Source: Nitrospinaceae bacterium (lineage in GTDB: Bacteria; Nitrospinota; Nitrospinia; Nitrospinales; VA-1). From it: a stretch of 64,000 nucleotides of DNA. Shown here piece by piece: positions 48,866 through 59,361 of the stretch. Position 1 is the stretch's first letter. Each line of letters starts with the position of its first letter. The position numbers and the translations under genes were made by a program. Where the stretch lies: contig JAJDBH010000017.1 of the NCBI GenBank assembly GCA_029261455.1, positions 5,563 to 69,562 on the forward strand, written 5' to 3'. The notes beneath the pieces are model-generated. The model saw only the letters and a list, made by a program, of their open reading frames with translations, did no database searches and was not told the origin of the DNA.

Positions 48866-49918
48866 CTATTCAGAGCTTTCACCGTCAAAGGTTGATGGAA
48901 TACTGTGGTGGGTTTTAATAACTTCAAAAATGTCCATCACTTCTTTATGTATATCACTCGAATCAAATGCCACCCTTAAGTTCTCATACGAAGAATATGC
49001 TCCAAAGTCAGGAATTTTAAAATTTTCAGCGACGGCTCCCATGTCGAATCTGATATCGCTTAAATTATCAGTATTCTGGTGGTTGGTTAACAAAATATAA
49101 GCGGGAGAAGCATCTTTCCCTTTTATTGTCAGTCTATCTTCAGCCCCTCTAATAGAGGCGACAGCTTCATTTATCCATTTAGTTGACTCTAGGTTTGTAA
49201 TGTCTTCGGGGGTGTTGATGTTGATGAAAATAATTCTTTCGTAATCGGCACTCTTCTTTAGAGCAAGGTGTAGCTGGCTGGAGATTGCACCTGAGTTTTT
49301 ACCGTGAGTTCTTGCCTTGGCCTCAACAGAAAATTTTCGACCGCTCTTAATATTTTTAGCCGTGAATTCGCAGTGAGTAGTACTTAGATCATCTTCATTC
49401 TCAAGGTCGACCTCAAACCCTGCTAATATGCAAAACGCTGCCACTTGTGTTTCATAATGTGCACCCAAAAATTGATTTGGGTTTTTTAGTCGCTCTATTA
49501 ACTTCTCTTGCAATTCTGAGTTATCTGCCATGAGGTATAGATTGTAGGAAAGCCTTAATAATGCAGATATCGCTCCCAGGGTGGAGACAGTTTGGGTTTC
49601 ACCAGGGCCTTGTTTGTTTTCCCTACGATAGGAAACCATAGCATGATGCCATTGTAGAATTGGATGTCTAGACTCTTTACTCAATTCCTTCTCTATCCAT
49701 TCCTCGCCTAAAAGCGCTCTAAGGTAAACGGGAAGAACATCGTGAAATGTTTTACATTCTCCTGAATCAAAAATTCCCCTTCCAATTGCAAGAAATCTTC
49801 TTCCTTGAAATTCGGTGGAGATAATGGGCCTTCCGTGACCTTGCTCTGCAATTCTCTCTTCCTCTAGCACCTTCTTTTCTTGAAGTGATTTTAATACTTC
49901 AGGAGGGATTTCTGACAT
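48866..49918 (-). CDS. hypothetical protein with a PD-(D/E)xK nuclease-like motif arrangement
   Basis: 350-aa ORF. The central segment HYETQVAAFCILAGFEVDLENEDD...CEFTAKNIKSGRKFSVEAKAR gives helix-E, strand-D and strand-ExK in the order expected for the restriction-endonuclease fold. No other domain recognised. Confidence 0.45.
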   Translation of the reverse strand: MSEIPPEVLKSLQEKKVLEEERIAEQGHGRPIISTEFQGRRFLAIGRGIFDSGECKTFHDVLPVYLRALLGEEWIEKELSKESRHPILQWHHAMVSYRRENKQGPGETQTVSTLGAISALLRLSYNLYLMADNSELQEKLIERLKNPNQFLGAHYETQVAAFCILAGFEVDLENEDDLSTTHCEFTAKNIKSGRKFSVEAKARTHGKNSGAISSQLHLALKKSADYERIIFININTPEDITNLESTKWINEAVASIRGAEDRLTIKGKDASPAYILLTNHQNTDNLSDIRFDMGAVAENFKIPDFGAYSSYENLRVAFDSSDIHKEVMDIFEVIKTHHSIPSTFDGESSE

Positions 49919-49942
49919 CGGTATTTGCTTTAATTATAAAGG

Positions 49943-50062
49943 TGGAACATCCTTCGAGTACCTCAGGATGACAATGGGAAAAGCCAACCCTCCCTCAATC
50001 ATCAAGCCTTCAAACAATCAGGCTTGAGTCCCTATGAAGGTAGGGAAGTAACTTCCCGTCTT
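49943..50062. repeat. copy B of the ~120-nt intergenic repeat
   Basis: See copy A. Copy B ends 25 nt upstream (in the minus-strand sense) of the 350-aa ORF start. Confidence 0.75.
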
Positions 50063-50142
50063 TGCTGGTGTATTTTTTGGCCCTGCGCCGAGCAGTGTAA
50101 TTGTACTCAGGGAGTAGCACCGCCGACCTACTGAATTAAGTG

Positions 50143-50838
50143 TCAGATACTGAGAATCAGTTTGAATAACGGCACGCGACTATAAAGAGAAAAAAACTCT
50201 CGCTGAACATCAGAAAGCTCGATGTCCAGATGGGCTCCTGGCTTCAGACCAAATGCCTTCATCTCAACAACAGGTAATCCGTCGGCAAATACATTTGAAG
50301 CCAAGACATCATGATAGGTCAATTGGTCATTTTCTAATTGAATCACTATGCGGGATCGGCCGAAATCAAATTTTTGAAAGTATTTGCCTTCTATCGCTTT
50401 ATTGATCCTCCTGAAGCGCTCTTGATTTAGCATCAGGTTCACATCCACCCCACCCACCTGACTCGAACGACCTGCGGTGATAGCTATCAGACTATTGGAT
50501 TTTTGTGGCCAGTCCTTAGCAGATGGTAAAATTGGAATTTGAAATGCGGCTACAAAATAAGTTTCCATACCCACCTGTTCGCAGGGGCGGATTTTGAAGT
50601 CCTCAAAATGATCCCCCAAAACTGATGAGAAAAACTGGCCTTGACTCTGACACTGATCTAAAGTGCCAACCTCCAGCTTAATGGTTCCCCAACCCTTCAC
50701 ACCACCGTCCTGACTCAATGCAACGCGGTTCAAGTCTCCAATATTCACCTTTGAAGACAGTTCGAGCTTGCAGGCACTTAAAGACAGAGCCAAAAAAAAG
50801 GAGAACAATAAATGTCCGGTGATTTTCATGTCAGACAA
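50143..50838 (-). CDS. hypothetical lipoprotein
   Basis: 231 aa. Signal peptide with lipobox LSLSAC. No family recognised. Confidence 0.55.
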   Translation of the reverse strand: MSDMKITGHLLFSFFLALSLSACKLELSSKVNIGDLNRVALSQDGGVKGWGTIKLEVGTLDQCQSQGQFFSSVLGDHFEDFKIRPCEQVGMETYFVAAFQIPILPSAKDWPQKSNSLIAITAGRSSQVGGVDVNLMLNQERFRRINKAIEGKYFQKFDFGRSRIVIQLENDQLTYHDVLASNVFADGLPVVEMKAFGLKPGAHLDIELSDVQREFFSLYSRVPLFKLILSI

Positions 50839-50885
50839 AATAACAGATTAAACGGGAGTTACCCCGTTCATGAAAGGCGGGATAA

Positions 50886-52271
50886 CTACAGATGAGACAA
50901 TGCTGGTTTCCCTACAGGATAAACATTAAAACCTATCTCGTAGAGAGCTTGATGATCCAGATGATTTCTTCCATCAAAAATAAAAGCGGGTTTTTCCATC
51001 TTATCAAAAATTTTCTGGTAATCCAGATCCTTATATAAAGACCATTCGGTGATCAACGCAATGCCATGCGCGCCCTCAACCGCTTGGTAGGGATCTTCAA
51101 TGAACTCCACATTCTCTTTAGTATCATGCAGGTCTTTACGGGCATTGTCCAGAGCATAGGGATCGGTAATTTTCAAGTCGGCCTTTTCTTCAAGAAGCCG
51201 TTTGCAAATATAAATCGCCGGAGCATCTCGGGTATCCCCTGTATCTGGCTTAAAGGCAAAGCCAAATACCGCCAACTTCTTCCCGACCAATGTATTGAAC
51301 ATGGCCTGTAGAATACGGCTGACATATCTTTCCATTTGGTAATCGTTGATAGATACAACCTGCTCCCAAAAAGCAGCCACTTCATTCAATTGGTAATACT
51401 CGCATAAATAGACCAGGTTCAAGATATCTTTACGGAAACAAGACCCACCAAACCCTGGCCCAGCATTTAAAAATTTGGAACCGATCCGAGAGTCCATACC
51501 AATCGCACGAGAAACCTCCGTCACATCAGCCCCTGTCACCTCACATAGGGAAGCAATTGTGTTGATGGAAGAGATTCTCTGGGCGAGAAAAGCATTAGCT
51601 ACGAGTTTTGAAAGCTCGCTACTCCATAAATTGGTGGTTATCAAGCGTTCTTTAGGAACCCAATGGAGGTAAATATCCATCAAATCATCACGGGCCGCTA
51701 TCCCCGATGGAGTATCTTTTGAACCAATTAAAATCCGGTCCGGAGATTCCATATCTCTGATCCCCGTCCCTTCGGCCATGAATTCAGGATTCGATAGAAT
51801 TTCAAACTCGACAGAATTATTTCCGGAATGAAGGATCGTCGACAAGGCCTCAGCGGCACGAACAGGAAGTGTGCTTTTTTCCACAACAATTTTATTGGTT
51901 TTTGAGTTTTCTTTTATGCGTCGTGCTATTTTTTCAATAAACTGCAGGTCCACAGCTTTTCCGGCGCCTTCTCCAAACATTTTGGTTGGAGTGTTGACAC
52001 TGACAAAAATGATGTCAGCCTCATCAATACAACGGTCAATATCCGTAGAGAAAAACAAGTTTTTCCCACGGGCAGTCAGCACACGTTCCTTCAACCCTGG
52101 TTCAAAGATAGGAAGCTTGTCGGAGTTCCAAGCATCAATCCTTTCCTGTGAAATATCAACAACCGTCACCTTATACTCAGGACATTTATTGGCGATAACG
52201 GTCATGGTCGGTCCCCCGACATAACCTGCCCCAACACACAAAATATTTTTTTTGAAATTTTCAGATGTCAT
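50886..52271 (-). CDS. ugd: UDP-glucose 6-dehydrogenase (long, eukaryote-like form)
   Basis: 461 aa. N-terminal Rossmann motif CVGAGYVGG and catalytic Cys region GFGGSCFRKD. Confidence 0.9.
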   Translation of the reverse strand: MTSENFKKNILCVGAGYVGGPTMTVIANKCPEYKVTVVDISQERIDAWNSDKLPIFEPGLKERVLTARGKNLFFSTDIDRCIDEADIIFVSVNTPTKMFGEGAGKAVDLQFIEKIARRIKENSKTNKIVVEKSTLPVRAAEALSTILHSGNNSVEFEILSNPEFMAEGTGIRDMESPDRILIGSKDTPSGIAARDDLMDIYLHWVPKERLITTNLWSSELSKLVANAFLAQRISSINTIASLCEVTGADVTEVSRAIGMDSRIGSKFLNAGPGFGGSCFRKDILNLVYLCEYYQLNEVAAFWEQVVSINDYQMERYVSRILQAMFNTLVGKKLAVFGFAFKPDTGDTRDAPAIYICKRLLEEKADLKITDPYALDNARKDLHDTKENVEFIEDPYQAVEGAHGIALITEWSLYKDLDYQKIFDKMEKPAFIFDGRNHLDHQALYEIGFNVYPVGKPALSHL

Positions 52272-52304
52272 TAATAACTTTTCGGTAAAAAGGGAAAGAG
52301 GCTT

Positions 52305-52345
52305 TAAGAAAAAAGGCCTAGCCCTGAACGGACCAGGCCTTTTTA
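52305..52345 (-). terminator. intrinsic terminator after the multihaem cytochrome gene
   Basis: Minus strand: AAAAAGGCC...(loop)...GGCCTTTTTT, about 20 nt after the stop. Confidence 0.6.
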
Positions 52346-52363
52346 TTTAGGAAACAGTAAAAA

Positions 52364-53278
52364 TCACTTTTTATAATTATAGGCTTTTTTCTTGCCATTA
52401 TAAGGTTTAGTACCTTTTGTGAACTTCAGCTTACCTTTGTCATTGATCTCAAAATCTTCAATTAACAGAGGGGTTTTCTCCGTCTGACCAACTTGTTTGG
52501 CACGTTCGTCTTTCTTCTCCAGTTTCTGGTCCGCATTATCCTCGTTCCAGTAATCTGCGATTTTATGAACTTTCAACTTTCTTTCTTCAAAGTTGAATTT
52601 GTATTTATCGTGAACCTCAGGTTTGAAAGGCGTGTTCTTATGTGTGTGACACCGGGTACAGACATTGGAATAATCCCATCGCTGCCCGTAGGTTTCCGTC
52701 TCTGCTTTAGTGAAATTTCCTTTGGATGATTTCATCACCGCACGGAACTGAGAACCACCAGCAACCGCGTGACACATTTCACATCCAACCTGCTCCTTAT
52801 TCGGCTCAGTCGGGTCTATTTTAGTAGCTGTATCTTTGCCCTTTTTATTCTTGCTACCTGCTGGTTTGAATCCACCTTTTTGACGATACCCTGTAGTGTG
52901 ACAACGTAAACAAAGTGGGGTCGTGGTGTAATCTTTTTCAGGATCCAGTTTAACCCTTAATTTAGCTTCTTTACGCTCTCCTGGCTTCAACAATTCATAA
53001 GTGCCACCATGAGGTGACTTGGCCCAAGCCTGGTAATAGGCATCATGGCAACTGCCGTTACATTTAACAGCGCCAACATATTTTGGTTTTTTCCTCATAT
53101 CCTTAACCGCTTTAGCACGTTTTTTAGGTTTGACTTCCCACTTGTCAAACATGGCTATTTCTTCTGCAGTCAATTTAACTTTCTTTTTCTTCTTTTTAGC
53201 GTCCGCCTCAATACCAGTTCCAAAGACCAAGACTAAGGAAACCAAAACCAAACTCAGAACTTTCACTATTCTTCCCAT
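52364..53278 (-). CDS. tetrahaem c-type cytochrome
   Basis: Signal peptive present. Three CxxCH sites (CLRCH, CEMCH, CTRCH) and one CxxxCH site (CNGSCH). I chose the ATG at 53278 (GGGAG 6 nt upstream) over the TTG at 53284. Confidence 0.8.
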   Translation of the reverse strand: MGRIVKVLSLVLVSLVLVFGTGIEADAKKKKKKVKLTAEEIAMFDKWEVKPKKRAKAVKDMRKKPKYVGAVKCNGSCHDAYYQAWAKSPHGGTYELLKPGERKEAKLRVKLDPEKDYTTTPLCLRCHTTGYRQKGGFKPAGSKNKKGKDTATKIDPTEPNKEQVGCEMCHAVAGGSQFRAVMKSSKGNFTKAETETYGQRWDYSNVCTRCHTHKNTPFKPEVHDKYKFNFEERKLKVHKIADYWNEDNADQKLEKKDERAKQVGQTEKTPLLIEDFEINDKGKLKFTKGTKPYNGKKKAYNYKK

Positions 53279-53638
53279 TTTCAACTCCCTTTTCTCCAGA
53301 AAACTTACAAGTATTCGAGGCTATATTTATGCAATAGTCTTGATAGATAAATGAACCCATCAGTTCTATATGCTTAACGACACGATGAAGGATAATATAA
53401 AACCCTTATTGGGTCAATAGCCATTGGAGGAGTACTTTAATGGCGATGAGCATAGACTTTATATAGCCAATAAAGAGATATAGACGGCTTAGCAACCACT
53501 TGCTATATTTACCCCTGCAATTTAAGGATTAAATGAAGTGGCTACCACCTCTTCCCAAGGGATCGAGTTAGTTTCTTGCGTAAAACCACTCTCTCCACTA
53601 TCTATAAATAAACAACATCAAATCTCGGGCTAACCTCT

Positions 53639-54691
53639 TTGAAACATAAGCTTTCCCATTACGATTTTGACTTACCAGTAGAGCTGATCGCCCAAAAACC
53701 AACCCAGCGTCGAGGTCAATCACGTTTGCTGGTCGTTAATAGGGAAAAGCAAACCCTGACCCACGATTCATTTATCAATTTAAAAAATCATCTCAAAAAT
53801 CATCCTCTGATGATTTTCAATGATACCCGTGTTATCCCGGCAAAACTTATTGCACAGTTGGGGCCTAACTCCAAACAGGTAGAAATTTTACTCATTCGTG
53901 AGATGGAACCTGGATTATGGGAAGTGATGATGAAGGGATTGAACCGGCTAAAACCAGAAACCACGCTCAAGTTCGGAAACAGCGGATTAAAAGCTCAATT
54001 CATCAAGAGGCAGGATAACCGAGCTCTTATAAAGTTTTCGTCTCTAGAAGGGCTTACAGCGCATTTAACCGAAAGTGGGCGGATGCCCTTACCCCCATAT
54101 ATCCATAGACCTCTGGATACGAACCCACAAACTCTGGCACTGGATAAAAAGCGCTACCAGACTATTTTTGCCTCACATACTGGGGCTATAGCTGCTCCCA
54201 CAGCTGGATTGCATTTCACCCAGTCTCAATTGACAAGTCTGCGAGAAAATACGGTCGACACCGCCCGCCTGACATTGCATGTAGGACCGGGAACTTTTGT
54301 TCCAATACGTGAAGAAAATATTATCAACCATAAAATGCAAGCTGAGTATTTTCAAATTTCACCCATTAATTGGAACAAGATCACTCAGGCAAAGAAAAAG
54401 GGACAAAAAATTTTAGCAGTGGGAACAACATCAACCCGGGTCTTGGAGACCCAGGGGTTTGAAAGGACTATACGGAAAAAGGTAACCGGTTGGAGCAATT
54501 GCTTTATCTATCCGGGATGGGAATTCAGGAGTGTGGATCACCTGCTCACCAACTTTCATTTGCCCAAATCAACGCTATTTTTACTGGTATGCGCCTTCAT
54601 GGGAGAAAAGTTGGCAAAAACAGCCTATAACGAGGCCATTAAGCATAAATACAACTTTTTCAGTTATGGTGATGCAATGTTAATTCTATGA
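53639..54691 (+). CDS. queA: S-adenosylmethionine:tRNA ribosyltransferase-isomerase
   Basis: 350 aa. YDFDLP.ELIAQ.P...R..SRLL, PPYI and AAPTAGLHFT motifs. TTG start. Confidence 0.9.
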   Translation: MKHKLSHYDFDLPVELIAQKPTQRRGQSRLLVVNREKQTLTHDSFINLKNHLKNHPLMIFNDTRVIPAKLIAQLGPNSKQVEILLIREMEPGLWEVMMKGLNRLKPETTLKFGNSGLKAQFIKRQDNRALIKFSSLEGLTAHLTESGRMPLPPYIHRPLDTNPQTLALDKKRYQTIFASHTGAIAAPTAGLHFTQSQLTSLRENTVDTARLTLHVGPGTFVPIREENIINHKMQAEYFQISPINWNKITQAKKKGQKILAVGTTSTRVLETQGFERTIRKKVTGWSNCFIYPGWEFRSVDHLLTNFHLPKSTLFLLVCAFMGEKLAKTAYNEAIKHKYNFFSYGDAMLIL

Positions 54692-54717
54692 AAGTAAGAC
54701 CCTTGGCCAAGATTTTA

Positions 54718-55002
54718 TCAAGTCGTACCGTCATCCACCACTTGCTTGAAAAATTTACCAGATTTAAATCGAACTACCTTCCGTGCAGAAATTTCAGCTT
54801 CTTCACCCGTTTTTGGGTTTCTGCCAACACGCTTGGTTTTTGCACGTACTTGAAATGTTCCGAACCGACGTAAGATAACCGGCTCTCCATGACCCAGTGA
54901 TTCCTTTATCAATTCAATCACTGTTTCAACAGCCTCTTCAGCCTTGGCTCTTGACAAGCTGGCACGAGATGAGACCTGATTTATGATGTCTTGTTTGGTC
55001 AT
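54718..55002 (-). CDS. HU/IHF-family DNA-binding protein
   Basis: 94 aa. MTKQDII...FGTFQVRAKTKRVGRNPKTGEEAEISARKVVRFKSG is the canonical HU/IHF arm. Confidence 0.9.
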   Translation of the reverse strand: MTKQDIINQVSSRASLSRAKAEEAVETVIELIKESLGHGEPVILRRFGTFQVRAKTKRVGRNPKTGEEAEISARKVVRFKSGKFFKQVVDDGTT

Positions 55003-55386
55003 ACTCCCTCCTCAAAACAAACTAATTATATTTTTAAAAAAATTGTTGGCCAGAATATAAATTTTTATGTTCGCACCTTGGTAGAAAAAAATTTCATCTC
55101 AAAGCTAACAACACCAAGGTTAAAAACTAAGTAGCTCAACGGCTAATTAATAACATCCTATTATTTGAATCGGTGGCATTACTTTATCACTTAAATTAAA
55201 AATATCAATAATTAATTCAAGAATTTAGCAGTAATTCCCTATTATAAAATCTTTCAAAATTCCTCACTTGACCACGTCTCAATAAAAGCAAAAAAGAAGG
55301 ATTGAGATAACCCTTTCTTTAAAAAGAGTTATGGAAACACCTGGTTTGTGGGGGATGCCGTCGGCCAGAAACCTCAGTAGTTACAA

Positions 55387-55701
55387 CTATGGAGAAACAG
55401 GTAATGGGTTTTGAGTTTGAACAATGTGGTACACATGATCGCCGGGTTTGATCAGATGCAGTTTTTCACGGGCAATTTTTTCAATTTCGTAGGGATCAGA
55501 TTTCAAACCTTTAATTTCCATCCGAAGTTTTTCATTCTTCGTCTGTAAACTTTCATTTTCGTATTTTATTTTTAGTTGCTGCTGTTCTAATTGATAAGCA
55601 TTCAAAATGCCATTCTCGTGAAAAACTGCCATCAAGAGTAGTAGTAAAAAAAACCCCAGGCTCAACAAAAATATTTTTTGGTATCGAGAATTTTCAGTCA
55701 T
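55387..55701 (-). CDS. ftsB: septum formation initiator FtsB/DivIC-family protein
   Basis: 104 aa. Single TM, coiled coil and a C-terminal DPYEIEKIAREKLHLIKPGD motif. Shows the classical position downstream of eno. Confidence 0.75.
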   Translation of the reverse strand: MTENSRYQKIFLLSLGFFLLLLLMAVFHENGILNAYQLEQQQLKIKYENESLQTKNEKLRMEIKGLKSDPYEIEKIAREKLHLIKPGDHVYHIVQTQNPLPVSP

Positions 55702-55751
55702 AAAGTTTATGGCATTTTCTATCGTAGGTAATAACTTTAAAAACTTTGCAA

Positions 55752-58336
<2,585 letters not shown>

Positions 58337-58342
58337 AAAATA

Positions 58343-59194
58343 TTAACCAAATAAAATTGAGAGTTCATCTTTCAGCTTCTGCGGTATTTTCTCAGGAGCA
58401 GTGACCACGGCAAACTTAGCAGCGTCGCAACAGGAACAAAGTTTAATAGTTCCCAACATAGGTATCAATTCTCTTATCACCTTCTGCGCCTGCTCTACAT
58501 TTTTATGCATGATTTCAAGGATCGCTTCAAGAGTGACAGGCTCTTCATCCACATGCCAGCAATCGAAGTCAGTCACCAGAGCCAAGGTCGAGTAACATAT
58601 CCCCGCTTCACGAGCCAACTTAGCTTCTGTAACTTTGTTAATTCCTATAACAACAACACCCCACTGGGGTTATAAACGCGACTCTGCTCGAGAGGAAAAC
58701 TGTGGACCTTCAATACAAATATAAGTTCCCCCTTCGTGCACATCGGCGCCAGCCTTTTGAGCGGCATTAAAGAGGGTTCCTGCCGTTGCAAGACAAACAG
58801 GGTCTGCCATGCTGACATGACCAACCATTCCCTCTGTAAAAAATGTGCTGATGCGCTTATAGGTTCTGTCAATAAATTGATGCGGCACCACAAAATGACC
58901 GGGAGGCATATTTTCCTTCATGCCACCCACGGCACTGACAGATATGATTCGCTCAACACCAATTTTTTTCATCGCAAAAATATTTGCCCGAAAATTTATC
59001 TCAGAGGGTGGAATGACATGCCCTACTCCATGACGAGGCAGGAAAGCCAATTTAACACCTTCCAGTTTCCCGATAATGATGCTGTCGGAAGGAGAACCAA
59101 AGGGTGTATCCACGGCTATTTTCTCGATAACTTCAAGGCCCTTCATTTGGTACAATCCGCTCCCGCCGATCACACCTAGCAATTTTTCCGCCAT
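58343..59194 (-). pseudogene. mtnP: S-methyl-5'-thioadenosine phosphorylase interrupted by one in-frame TAA
   Basis: The two track ORFs (58670..59194 and 58343..58618) are in the same frame, since 852 nt = 284 codons. Reading through gives ...[51 protein letters not shown], colinear with MTAP. The stop (58670-58672) sits where homologs have an aromatic residue. Confidence 0.8.
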
Positions 59195-59361
59195 GAATAT
59201 TTACTCCACTAATTATTGAAAGGGGTATAACTCAGGTCATTGAGTTTAAATAAGGGTAAAAAGTACAGGACCAGCAGAGAGCTCATCCGATTAAAAATAA
59301 TAGTCTCCTTCTCCTTTATCGGGAAAAGGTTATTGGTATTTGATCTGTTTGTTCAACCCGG

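Noticed and set aside
48651-50062. The repeats could be integron attC sites, making this a CALIN-type cassette array.
   Set aside because: The ends of each copy are not inverted complements of each other. There is no RYYYAAC...GTTRRRY pair; the only GTT-containing candidate is GTTGGCT, which has no partner. No intI or attI is nearby. The second ORF lacks a downstream copy.
53285-53638. A possible preQ1-type riboswitch upstream of queA.
   Set aside because: PreQ1 riboswitches regulate queC/queT-type genes rather than queA. I could not find the compact hairpin plus A-rich tail characteristic of the class in this region.
58645-58893. An 82-aa minus-strand ORF overlapping mtnP that might have indicated a frameshift.
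   Set aside because: It is out of frame with both MTAP-like segments and has no MTAP similarity. The N- and C-terminal MTAP parts are in the same frame, separated only by TAA, so the lesion is a nonsense codon and not a frameshift.
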